Shown in pieces: positions 19,237 through 28,389 of a stretch of DNA of 64,000 nucleotides. Position numbers and translations under genes: made by a program. Every line of letters begins with the position of its first letter. Position 1 is the first letter of the stretch. Under the pieces are notes generated by a model. The model worked only from the letters and a program-made list of their open reading frames with translations. It was not told the DNA's origin and did no database searches. The stretch lies in the NCBI GenBank assembly GCA_021372515.1, contig JAJFUG010000073.1:25796-89795 (forward strand), in the 5' to 3' direction. Source of the DNA: a bacterium (GTDB lineage: Bacteria > Gemmatimonadota > Glassbacteria > GWA2-58-10).

Positions 19237-19728
19237 ATGCATTTCAGCGCCCAGGAGGAATACGGTCTGCGCTGCGTGCTGCAGCTCGCCCGCCGTCACG
19301 GTGATGAGGCCCTGACCGCCCGGGAGATAAGCGAGAACGAATTAATCAGCCTCGATTACGTGCACAAGCTGCTCGGTATCCTTAAGCGCAAGGGCCTGAT
19401 CGAGAGCACGCGTGGGATTAAGGGCGGGTTCCGCCTGAAAAAGCCGCCCGAGGAAATCACGGTCTGCCAGGTCCTGAAAATGCTTTCCAGCGAGATCAAC
19501 GCGGACGGGCACTGTGCGAAGTTCGACCGTGAGAAGAGCCCCTGTCCGCGCGGCGGCGACTGCGAGATCAGGCTGTTCTGGGATATCGTGTTCCAGTTCT
19601 GCGAGGAATACGGCAAGCGGATCACCGTCCAGAACCTTATCGACCGCAAGGTGCCGAATGTGAGCACCGAGTTCAAACGCTGCTCCGAGAACCGGTGTGA
19701 GAGCTCTGCGCAGGCGGCGGGAAACTGA
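19237..19728 (+). CDS. Rrf2 family transcriptional regulator (IscR/NsrR-like, Cys-containing)
   Basis: It has the N-terminal wHTH YGLRCVLQLAR ... ISLDYVHKLLGILKRKGLIESTRGIKGGFRL and C-terminal Cys residues (CAKF...CPRGGDC) compatible with an Fe-S ligand set. Confidence 0.85.
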   Translation: MHFSAQEEYGLRCVLQLARRHGDEALTAREISENELISLDYVHKLLGILKRKGLIESTRGIKGGFRLKKPPEEITVCQVLKMLSSEINADGHCAKFDREKSPCPRGGDCEIRLFWDIVFQFCEEYGKRITVQNLIDRKVPNVSTEFKRCSENRCESSAQAAGN

Positions 19729-19761
19729 AAAAGCATTTTTTGTGCTAAAGGGAAAAAGAGA

Positions 19762-19795
19762 GGGGCCGACCGGAAGGTCGGCCCCTTTTCTGTTC
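19762..19795. terminator. bidirectional Rho-independent terminator between convergent Rrf2 gene and esterase gene
   Basis: The hairpin GGGGCCGACC-GGAA-GGTCGGCCCC has an A-tract upstream and a T-tract downstream. Confidence 0.7.
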
Positions 19796-19815
19796 TGGCG
19801 ACCGCTGCTGAACTG

Positions 19816-22035
19816 TTATTTGCCGTTCAGCAGCGTGGCGCAGGCCTGGGCCAGCCGCACTCCGGCCGGTCGCTCGGCCACCGCGGGCATCCCGGCGGCT
19901 CCCAGCAGACGGTAGCAGGCGGCGGCCTGGGTGAAACCGGCGCGCGCGCTGTCCGGCGGCACCGGGTGGCCCATCGCATCGGCCGGGCCCACCAGCATCA
20001 GCGGACGCGGGGCCAGCGCCGCAGCCAGCAGCGGAAGGTCATACTCGCGGTAGACTCCAAGGACCACGTTGTCCAGTTGCTGACGGTGCAGGTGCGAGTT
20101 CAGCATCGACTCCCACGAAACCAGGCCGCCGTCCAGCACCACGGCCTCGATCCTCTCATCCAGCACCGCGGCGTGAAGCAGCGGAATGCAGCCCGAGCCG
20201 CGTCCCACCGCCACCACCCGCGCGGCCTTGGTCTTCTCCCAGCCGGTCAGCACATCCACCGCCCGGACCAGATCCAGGGCGCGCATGCCCACCAGCGGCT
20301 TTTTCACCTGCAGGCCCATCAGGGCGATCTGCCAGTCGCGCGCGAACCACTGGGCGAACGTGTCGTTGACCTCGATGTACCCCCGCGCCAGCTCACCCTT
20401 GCCGCGCACGTCCGGCGCCAGCACGATGTGCCCGGCGGCCACCAGGGCCGCGATCTCGCTGGCGGCGTCATAGGCCTTGTTCTCATCCGCGGCGTAGAGC
20501 ACCGCCGGCCCCGTGGCCTCGCCCGAGGCCGGCCGGAACAGCAGGGCCGGGATCGTGATCCCCGGCTCGCTGCAGTAGGTGAGCATCTCCACTTTCATCC
20601 CGCCCTGGTCCAGGCTGCCGCGGTACTGGATATCCAGAGGGTTGTCGGCTTTCTGGAACGCGGTTGCCCGGCGCACCCGGGCCAGTATGTCCTCGCGGAA
20701 AGCCGGGAACGCCCCGGCCGTGGCGGGAATTACCGCCTTGTAGCGTACTGTGCGTGCATATTGGGCGTTGAGCTGGTCGATGGTGCGGCTGTCCGGGTAG
20801 CTGGTCATCACCTGGCCGGTGGGAGTCACCTGCAGGGTGCGGTCCAGCTCCACCGTGATCGGCGGCTCAGGGTCCGGCGCGTCCGGCCCGCCCTTGAAAC
20901 GGTTGTTCAGGAAGCCGTACAGCTGCTCGCGCATCGGCTGCCAGTAGCCGTGGCCGCTGTCGTACTCCACCTTGCGCAGGTTGTCCCCGGCCCCCAGGAT
21001 ACCGTAGATGCGGCTGGCTTTCTCATAGGTGTGGCGCGCCCCGACGATGCTGAAGAAGTCCTGGATCGCCAGGTTCATCTGGTAGGGCCGCGGGGCGAAC
21101 GGCAGGATGTAGTCCACGAAATCCAGGCCCGAGCCGACAAAGGGCAGCATGTTCTGCTCGGCGTCCTGCGGTCCCAGAGTGGTCCAGAGCTGCTCCCAGG
21201 AGTTCAGGTAGCAGTTGGGGATGCAGGCGGCCAGGCGGTCGTCCAGGGCGCCCAGGTAGGCGCTCTGCATCCCGCCACCCGAGTTGCCGGTCACGGCCAC
21301 GCGCCTGGGGTCCACCTCGGGACGGCCTATCAGGTAGTCCAGGGCGCGTATCTCGTCCCAGACAAAGTAATTGGCCGCGTTGGAGCCGGTCAGCAGGCAC
21401 TGGATGCCGGCCATGGTGTGCTCGGGCGTGGTGCCCTGGACCAGGCTTTCGCCCAGGTCCTGGTTCCAGTACATGAAACGCTCGCCCTGGCCCGGCGGGT
21501 CGAAGGTGAACACCACGTAACCCTTGCGCGCCAGTCCGATCCAGATGTGCTGGTAGGTCTCGCCGGCCTTGCCGTTGAGCGTGTGCCCGTTGACCCCCAG
21601 CACGGCCGGGAAAGGCTTGGCCCCCACCGTGGGAATGTAGAGGTTGCCGGTGACATAGAAGCCCGGGCGGCTCTGGAACAGCACGTTTTCCACCCGGTAG
21701 CCCTCGCGCTCGAACGAGCCGGTGGTGCGGGCCTTGAGCTCGGTGCGCTCCGGGAACGGCCCCAGGCAGTCCATGATCCGCTCGCGCACCAGGGCCTTGC
21801 GGGCGGCGATGTCCTCCGGGGTGACAAGGGCCTGTATCTCACGGTCCTGCTGCTCCAGGCAGCCCCGGGCGATGACGGTCAGATACTCGTAAAGCTGGCG
21901 GCACATCAGGTCGTCCTCGTACGGCATCTGCGAGCGGAAAACACGCAGCTCCTGGGCGGTCGCTGCTCCGTTAATCGCGAAAACCGTCAGGAGCGCGGCC
22001 AGAGCTGTCAGTGCGATGGATCGGGGGAATCTCAT
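19816..22035 (-). CDS. secreted tandem alpha/beta-hydrolase (acetyl-xylan-esterase / dienelactone-hydrolase-like) esterase
   Basis: Start at ATG 22035 (MRFPRSIALTALAALLTVFAINGAATAQE, a signal peptide). The nucleophile elbow GNSGGG sits in the N-terminal half and a second hydrolase fold in the C-terminal half (VAVGRGSG). Confidence 0.65.
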   Translation of the reverse strand: MRFPRSIALTALAALLTVFAINGAATAQELRVFRSQMPYEDDLMCRQLYEYLTVIARGCLEQQDREIQALVTPEDIAARKALVRERIMDCLGPFPERTELKARTTGSFEREGYRVENVLFQSRPGFYVTGNLYIPTVGAKPFPAVLGVNGHTLNGKAGETYQHIWIGLARKGYVVFTFDPPGQGERFMYWNQDLGESLVQGTTPEHTMAGIQCLLTGSNAANYFVWDEIRALDYLIGRPEVDPRRVAVTGNSGGGMQSAYLGALDDRLAACIPNCYLNSWEQLWTTLGPQDAEQNMLPFVGSGLDFVDYILPFAPRPYQMNLAIQDFFSIVGARHTYEKASRIYGILGAGDNLRKVEYDSGHGYWQPMREQLYGFLNNRFKGGPDAPDPEPPITVELDRTLQVTPTGQVMTSYPDSRTIDQLNAQYARTVRYKAVIPATAGAFPAFREDILARVRRATAFQKADNPLDIQYRGSLDQGGMKVEMLTYCSEPGITIPALLFRPASGEATGPAVLYAADENKAYDAASEIAALVAAGHIVLAPDVRGKGELARGYIEVNDTFAQWFARDWQIALMGLQVKKPLVGMRALDLVRAVDVLTGWEKTKAARVVAVGRGSGCIPLLHAAVLDERIEAVVLDGGLVSWESMLNSHLHRQQLDNVVLGVYREYDLPLLAAALAPRPLMLVGPADAMGHPVPPDSARAGFTQAAACYRLLGAAGMPAVAERPAGVRLAQACATLLNGK

Positions 22036-22145
22036 CCGGGCCTCCCTCTGCGAAAAGGGTTGGGGGTGGAATTGTGCTGCGGTGGAAAGCGAGTCGTTCC
22101 GGTCACGGCCAGCCGCGCAGGGCTGACCGGAGGGCGCTGGGCGGC

Positions 22146-22745
22146 TCAATACCCGGGGTAGCTGCCGGTCAGGGTGCGGCTGCCGGTCACGGTCAGCTCG
22201 AACTCCTCGATCCGTCCGGCCACGGCCACGTGACGGGCGCTTACCAGGCTGGGTTCCAGCACGAACTGGAAGCCGATGAAAAAATCTTCGCGCAGCAGGT
22301 AGGTGTTGAGCCTCTGGTCCTCGCCGCTCATATCGAACATGGCGGGGATGATCTTGCGCTCGGCGATCTGCACCGCCTGCGGATCGTTGAACACATCCAC
22401 CAGCGGGCTGACGAAGATGCGCACCTCGACCGTGCCGGTGTAATTCTGCGGCTCCATTTGCATGCGCAGGTGCAGCACGGAGTGCGACAGCGAGGAGAAA
22501 TCGTAGCCGCGCCGCACCAGGCTCATCTGGACAGGCTCGGTGCGGGTGGTGAACGAGAGGGTCCGGCTGGAGCCCAGGTCCTGGTTCAGCGGGATATCCT
22601 CCGGCACGGTGAACCCCACGCTCTGATAGTTGAGCAGGCTGGCATACAGGCTGCCGGCCAGGTTGACTATCTCGACCGCCTCTTTCTCCTTGCAGGAGAC
22701 GAGCGGAAGCAGCAACAGGGGCAGGAGGGCGATTATTCTTTTCAT
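22146..22745 (-). CDS. hypothetical lipoprotein
   Basis: It has a signal peptide plus lipobox (LLPLVSC). Its 199 aa overlap the downstream esterase by 4 bp. Confidence 0.6.
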   Translation of the reverse strand: MKRIIALLPLLLLPLVSCKEKEAVEIVNLAGSLYASLLNYQSVGFTVPEDIPLNQDLGSSRTLSFTTRTEPVQMSLVRRGYDFSSLSHSVLHLRMQMEPQNYTGTVEVRIFVSPLVDVFNDPQAVQIAERKIIPAMFDMSGEDQRLNTYLLREDFFIGFQFVLEPSLVSARHVAVAGRIEEFELTVTGSRTLTGSYPGY

Positions 22746-22888
22746 TTTTCCCGGTCTCCTTCGCCGGCTGAATTAGGCGGGGGGCCGCACTTTATTCGAA
22801 AGCACAGCGGATAAAACAGCCCAGGGGCACGGCAACTCGCGCACCGTACCCCTGGGGAAAGACTGAACCGGACAACTCCTCAAGCCGC

Positions 22889-23974
22889 TCAGGCCTGGAC
22901 TTTTTTACCCGCCAGCTCCTGTCCCTTGCCGAATTTCTCCTGCCAGTAGATCAGCACCGGGGCCGAGATGTAGATCGAGGAGTAGGTCCCCACGATGATG
23001 CCGATGGTCATGGCCAGGGCGAACGGGCGGATCACCTCGCCGCCGAAGAACAGCAGCACGATCACGGCCAGCAGCGTGGTGCCGGCCGTGATGATCGTGC
23101 GCGACAGGACATGGTTGACGCAGTTGTTGATGATGGTGTCCATCGGCAGGTGCTTGCGCTCCTTGGGATATTCCTCGCGCACCCGGTCGAACAGCACGAT
23201 CGTGTCGTTGAGCGAGTAGCCCACGATGGTCAGAAGCGCGGCGATGATGGTAAGGTCCACCTCGACGTTCATCAGGGTCAGCAGCCCGAGCGTGAAAAAC
23301 ACGTCGTGGATCAGGGCCGCGATGGCCCCGACCGCATATTTGAAATTGAATTTAACGCAAATATATGCCATTACCGCCAGCGAGCCGGCCATCAGCAGCA
23401 GGGTCAGGATGTCGGAGCTGAGGACCGCCTTGGCTTGACTGATCGACAGCACGATCAGCCCGAAGACCAGCGTGCCCAGCACTCCCAGGAAACTTTCGGC
23501 CTCGAAACGGATCGAGATGTAGATGATGATGCCGATCCAGGAGAACAGCAGGGCCAGAAGGGCTTTCTCACGCAACTCGGTCCCGATCTTAGGCCCCACC
23601 AGGTCGTTCTGGTCCACGGTGTAGGTGTTGCCTTGGAAACGCTGGTCGAACTGCTGTTGGATCGGGGTCAGGTAGTCACGGGTGGTGTCGAGCACCTTCA
23701 GACGGACCAGCACGTGGCGCTTGTCGCCGAAATGGGTCACCTCGTACGACTTCTCGCCCGCGGCGGCCAGGGCCTGGCGTACTTCCTCGGCGCTGACCTC
23801 CTGCTGGAATGAGAACGTTATGGCCGCGCCTCCGGTGAAATCGATCCCGTAGCGCGGGCCGCCGCGAAGGGCCAGGATCAGCATGGTCAGCACGATCACG
23901 GTCAGCGAGGCCCAGAGGGCGATCTTACGGAAGCCGATGAAATCGAAATTCGGGTTCTTGACGAGTTCAAGCAT
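22889..23974 (-). CDS. secF: protein translocase subunit SecF
   Basis: It has six TM helices and the SecF periplasmic-domain pattern (GIDFTGGAAITFSFQQEVSAEEVRQAL). Confidence 0.9.
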   Translation of the reverse strand: MLELVKNPNFDFIGFRKIALWASLTVIVLTMLILALRGGPRYGIDFTGGAAITFSFQQEVSAEEVRQALAAAGEKSYEVTHFGDKRHVLVRLKVLDTTRDYLTPIQQQFDQRFQGNTYTVDQNDLVGPKIGTELREKALLALLFSWIGIIIYISIRFEAESFLGVLGTLVFGLIVLSISQAKAVLSSDILTLLLMAGSLAVMAYICVKFNFKYAVGAIAALIHDVFFTLGLLTLMNVEVDLTIIAALLTIVGYSLNDTIVLFDRVREEYPKERKHLPMDTIINNCVNHVLSRTIITAGTTLLAVIVLLFFGGEVIRPFALAMTIGIIVGTYSSIYISAPVLIYWQEKFGKGQELAGKKVQA

Positions 23975-24028
23975 TGTTAAGGGCTCCTTTTATCGGTATC
24001 CACCCGGCCGCCTGAAGCGGCCGGCCTG

Positions 24029-25912
24029 TTATATCGAAATCGACTTGACACTCTTGCGTGCGGTCCAGAGGTCGAAAATCACGCGGGTAAAATACACGGC
24101 GGTAAACATGTTCGCCGCCAGACCGATGCTCAGAGTGACCGAGAAGCCCTTGATCGGGCCGGTCCCGAACTGGAATAGCACGATCGCGGTGATGAAAGTG
24201 GTCAGGTTGGAGTCGAGGATAGTCGAGAAGGCCCGCTCGTAACCCGTATCGATCGCCGCCCGCATCGATTTGCCGGTGCGCAGTTCCTCGCGGATGCGCT
24301 CGAAGATCAGCACGTTGGCGTCCACCGCCATACCGATGGTCAGGATCAGGCCGGCGATGCCGGGCAGGGTGAGCGTGGCGTTGAACCCGGCCAGCACGGC
24401 CAGGATCATCACCATGTTGAACACCAGGGCCAGGTTGGCCACCATCCCGCTGAACCGGTAGTAGACCAGCATGAACAGGGCCACTATTATCAGGGCCACG
24501 ATAGCCGAGAACTGGCCTTTCTGGATCGAGTCCGCGCCCAGCGAGGGACCCACGGTGCGGCTTTCGGCCAGGGTCAGCGGGGCGGGCAATGCGCCGGCGC
24601 GCAGCACGATCGACAGGTCGCGCGCCTTGTCCATGGTCGGCACGCCGGTGATCTGGGCATGGCCGTCCGGAATGCGTGAGATGATCCGCGGGGCGAACTT
24701 GACTATGTTGTCCAGCACGATGGCCAGGTCACGCTGCAGGAAACGCTCGGTTATCACCTCGAAACTGTCGGCGCCGGCGCTGGTCAGTGTCATCAGCACC
24801 AGCGGCTTGTTGGCTGTCTCGACATCGTTGCCGCTGCCCAGGGTGGCGCTGGCGTCCGCCAGGAACTGGCCGGTCATCTCGGGCTTTTTCTTCATCAAGA
24901 AGATACGCTTGTACTGGGTGCCGTCCGGCCCGACATAGTCGGTGGCGTCATCCCCCCACTCCACATCCAGGGTATCCGGCTCCGGGTCTTCGCCCGAACT
25001 CTTGTAGCGGGTGAAATCGATCGACCCGGCCACCTCGGCGTTCTGGACAGTCTGCCAGACCTGCGGCTTGGCCAGGTAGGCCTTGATCAGCGGGATGTTG
25101 TTGACCGGCACCAGGAGCTCGCCCTCGGGCTGCTGGCCGGCCCCGCGCATCGGGACCGAGGCGAACAAGTGGCTCACCGGGGCCTGGCGAGCATCTGCCG
25201 CGGCGGTCTCGCCGGGCAGGAGAGATTCGCTGCTCGTGTCCGCGGCCGCCGCCGAGCTGTCGGACTTGGCGGCCGTACTGTCGGGGGCCTGGGCGCTGGT
25301 GTCGGAGGAGGTGTTCTTGTTGAACAGGTCGCTCGGGTTGAAAGACTTGTCCTTCGCCTCCCCGACCGCAGGCTGAGCCTGACCGGCGGGGGTGCGGTCG
25401 GAGAGCACGTACAGATTGTTCTCGCGCACCACCTCATCCGCCTGGCGCAACACCTGGAGGAACTCGGCCTGGGGCTTGACCAGCTTGAATTCGAGGTAGG
25501 CGCTCTGCTGGACCAGGGCGCGGGCGCGGGAGGTGTCCACGATACCGGCCAGCTCCACCACGATCCGCTCATCCCCGGCTTTCTGGATCAGCGGCTCGCT
25601 CACGCCGAACTGGTCCACGCGGGTGCGGATGATTTCCAGGGCCCGGTCGATTGCGTCCTTGGCCTCGCTCCCGTTCATGTTGATCTTGCTTTTGTCCAGC
25701 TCCAGCACCATGTGCATGCCGCCCTGCAGGTCCAGCCCCAGCTTGATGCTGCGTTTCTCGAGATCCTCGAGGCGCTGTGGGTCGGACAGGGCCATCATCT
25801 CCTTTTTCTGCGGGGAGAGGCTGATCAGGTAGATAGTCGGGTACAGATAGTAAAGCGTGCCGATCAGGATAGCCAGGACCACGATCAGCCTGAAACGTAT
25901 ATTTTTAGTCAT
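24029..25912 (-). CDS. secD: protein translocase subunit SecD (with Ala/Ser/Asp-rich low-complexity insert)
   Basis: It has SecD motifs (LGLDLQGGMHMVLE; C-terminal 6-TM bundle FMLVYYRFSGMVANLAL...) and lies upstream of secF on the same strand. Confidence 0.9.
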   Translation of the reverse strand: MTKNIRFRLIVVLAILIGTLYYLYPTIYLISLSPQKKEMMALSDPQRLEDLEKRSIKLGLDLQGGMHMVLELDKSKINMNGSEAKDAIDRALEIIRTRVDQFGVSEPLIQKAGDERIVVELAGIVDTSRARALVQQSAYLEFKLVKPQAEFLQVLRQADEVVRENNLYVLSDRTPAGQAQPAVGEAKDKSFNPSDLFNKNTSSDTSAQAPDSTAAKSDSSAAAADTSSESLLPGETAAADARQAPVSHLFASVPMRGAGQQPEGELLVPVNNIPLIKAYLAKPQVWQTVQNAEVAGSIDFTRYKSSGEDPEPDTLDVEWGDDATDYVGPDGTQYKRIFLMKKKPEMTGQFLADASATLGSGNDVETANKPLVLMTLTSAGADSFEVITERFLQRDLAIVLDNIVKFAPRIISRIPDGHAQITGVPTMDKARDLSIVLRAGALPAPLTLAESRTVGPSLGADSIQKGQFSAIVALIIVALFMLVYYRFSGMVANLALVFNMVMILAVLAGFNATLTLPGIAGLILTIGMAVDANVLIFERIREELRTGKSMRAAIDTGYERAFSTILDSNLTTFITAIVLFQFGTGPIKGFSVTLSIGLAANMFTAVYFTRVIFDLWTARKSVKSISI

Positions 25913-26167
25913 CAGCCAGTGCTCCCAAACAGGTCAACGGTGCTTGGATCGGATGGTTATCTATTAAGCCGGGGTTTTCCGGCGGCCAATTTTCGAGTCT
26001 GCTCCCGGAAGGAACGTTAAACTAAAAAGATAGAAATTCAGGCGGGTCTTGTCAATATAAAAAAGGCCCGTATATTAAGGCCATACGGCCTTATGGTTGC
26101 TCAATCTACCAACAATCGGACCATTCTGCAACAGGGAAGGCCGGGTTTGTCTGGGGAGGACAGGTCG

Positions 26168-27169
26168 ATGGAGTATGACATTTACCGCGGGGCGCGCCTG
26201 GAGCGGCTGGCCCTCACGGCGATCGAGCGCGATGACCGGCGTTTCGAGCTGGCCTGGCCCGCGCGGCAGCAGCCGCCCCGGGACAGGGTGGGCCGTGCTA
26301 CGGCGGAGGTTCCACTCTGGGTGCAGGAGATTGCCGGCGGCAGATACCGCCTGGTGCGGGGTTTCAGCCGGTTCGACAGCTTGCGCGAGCTGGGCGCCGA
26401 AAGTTTCCCGGCCCTGGTGTTCGCCGAGGACTGCCCATCCCTGGAGCTTTTCCGGGCCCGCCTGTCCGGCCGCAGCGAGGAGCTTTCCGCGGTGGAGGCG
26501 TCGCGCGCGCTGAAATCTCTGGAGGCGCTGGACGGAGCGGAACAATCCGTCCTGACCGGCTTTCTGCCCCTTCTCGGCCAGCCCGCCACGGAGGGAGCGT
26601 TTTCCTCGTTGCGCGCGCTCGCAAACCTTGAGGAGCCGCTGGCCCGCTGGTGTGCGTCCCAGAAAGCCCCCCTGCCCGAGTGCGTGGTCCTGGCCGGACT
26701 GCCCCGCGAGTCCCAGCGCGGGCTTTTGGTGCTGCTGCGCGCGCTCAACCCCGGCGGGAACCTGCTGCGGCGCTGGCTGGGTTTTTTGACAAGCATATCC
26801 CGACGGAGCGGACAGACGTTGGAGGACATCCTGGCCGACAGCCGCATCACCGATATTCTGCTGGACGCCCAGACTGCGCGCTCGGCCGGGCGCGAGCTGG
26901 TGAGCCGCCGTCTGACCGAGCTGCGCTACCCCGAGAGCACCGCTCTGCGGCAGCGTTTCGCCGAAACGGTCAAAAGCCTGGGCCTGCCCGAGGGGGTGAA
27001 AGTGGAGCCGCCCGAGGCGCTGGAGGGGGATAGGCTTCGGATAAGCTTCGAGCCGGGCACGACCGAGGCCTGGAGCGGGGCCGCCGCGGCCTTGGCCCGC
27101 GCGGCACAGGGACCGGCAGCCGGAGAGCTGTTCCGCCTGCTGGGCGCGCCCGAGCCGGAGAACCGTTGA
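26168..27169 (+). CDS. hypothetical protein with ParB/Srx-like N-terminal domain
   Basis: Start at ATG 26168 with RBS GGAGGA at 26155-26160. The N-terminus resembles ParB-N (IERDDRRFEL ... PLWVQEIAGGRYRLVRGFSRFDSLRELGAESFPALVF). Its stop overlaps the start of the next gene (ATGA). The antisense ORF 26075..27229 is rejected as a GC shadow. Confidence 0.5.
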   Translation: MEYDIYRGARLERLALTAIERDDRRFELAWPARQQPPRDRVGRATAEVPLWVQEIAGGRYRLVRGFSRFDSLRELGAESFPALVFAEDCPSLELFRARLSGRSEELSAVEASRALKSLEALDGAEQSVLTGFLPLLGQPATEGAFSSLRALANLEEPLARWCASQKAPLPECVVLAGLPRESQRGLLVLLRALNPGGNLLRRWLGFLTSISRRSGQTLEDILADSRITDILLDAQTARSAGRELVSRRLTELRYPESTALRQRFAETVKSLGLPEGVKVEPPEALEGDRLRISFEPGTTEAWSGAAAALARAAQGPAAGELFRLLGAPEPENR

Positions 27170-28272
27170 TGCCCCGGCATTTCGATACAGTGTACGTTCA
27201 TCCCGAAATCTCCGCTCACCCGCGCACACGCAGGATCGTGGAGCGGGCCGGCGCGGCCCGGGTGATCGAGCTGCCTGTGGGTGCGGAGAGCCTGGAAAGC
27301 CTTCCGCCCGTGGAAAACCCCAAACGCAGCCTGGCCCTGTTGCCCTACCGCGGCGCGCGGGTGGAGGCCTGCCCCTGCTCCAAGGCCATGCGCTGCTGCC
27401 GCTACCGGGTGCTGCAGCTGGTGGAGGGCTGTCCCTTTGACTGCGCCTACTGCGTGCTGCAGGGCTACCTCAACCGTCCCGCCACCCTGGTCTACCCGGA
27501 ACTGGAAAAGGCCCTGGAGGAATTGGAGCGGGACATGGCGGTCGAGCGGGGCCACCCATCCCGCTACGGCACCGGTGAGCTGGCCGACAGCCTGGCCCTG
27601 GAGGAGCTTACCGGTTTCGTACCGGAACTGATAAGCTTTTTCGCCGCGCACCCGGGGGCCTGGCTGGAGCTGAAGACCAAGAGCGCCCGGGTGACCGAAC
27701 TGCTATCCGTGCCGTCTGTCCCGTCCAATGTGGTCGTGTCCTGGTCGGTCAACGCGCCGACTGTCTGCCGGGGGCTGGAGCACGGGGCCGCCGCGCTGGG
27801 GGCCCGGCTCGACGCGGCGCGCAAAGTTCTGGACGCCGGGTACAGACTGGGATTCCACTTCGACCCCCTGATACGCTTCCCGGACTGGGAGGACCAGTAC
27901 CGGCAGACAGTCGAGCGTATCTACAGCTTCGCCCGTCCCGGGGATATCGCCTGGATCAGCCTGGGCGGCCTGCGCTATGCTCCCTGGCTGGCCCCGTGCC
28001 TGGAGGGGCGGGGTGGGGCCGCGGCGGGCCTTTTGGAGGGCGAGCTTTTCCCGGTGCCGCCGGACGGCAAGTACCGCTACCCGCAGCCGCTGCGGGTGCA
28101 GATGTACCGTCACCTGCACGACTGTATCCGGCGCTTCGACAACCGGGCGTTTGTCTACCTCTGCCTGGAGAGTGAAACTGTCTGGCGCTGGGCGCTGGGT
28201 GTGGAACTGGACCCGCGGGATGAGCTGGCCGTGGAGCGCCTGTTCCCAGCTCCGCCGGGCCGGAGGACCTGA
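27166..28272 (+). CDS. spore-photoproduct-lyase (SPL) family radical SAM protein
   Basis: It has the CxxxCxxC motif GCPFDCAYCVLQ. Collinear matches to B. subtilis SplB blocks include VYVHPE..., LELKTKS, SWSVNAPTV and AGYRLGFHFDPLI. Confidence 0.8.
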   Translation: MMPRHFDTVYVHPEISAHPRTRRIVERAGAARVIELPVGAESLESLPPVENPKRSLALLPYRGARVEACPCSKAMRCCRYRVLQLVEGCPFDCAYCVLQGYLNRPATLVYPELEKALEELERDMAVERGHPSRYGTGELADSLALEELTGFVPELISFFAAHPGAWLELKTKSARVTELLSVPSVPSNVVVSWSVNAPTVCRGLEHGAAALGARLDAARKVLDAGYRLGFHFDPLIRFPDWEDQYRQTVERIYSFARPGDIAWISLGGLRYAPWLAPCLEGRGGAAAGLLEGELFPVPPDGKYRYPQPLRVQMYRHLHDCIRRFDNRAFVYLCLESETVWRWALGVELDPRDELAVERLFPAPPGRRT

Positions 28273-28389
28273 GATGGAATCCCGCTCTTGCCCGGCGGAC
28301 CGATCCGTGCGATAATGGAGTATTGCCTTGTTTATCCACAAAGAATAAATATACATATATTTTATGCTTCATGACCCGGAGGCGCGCCG

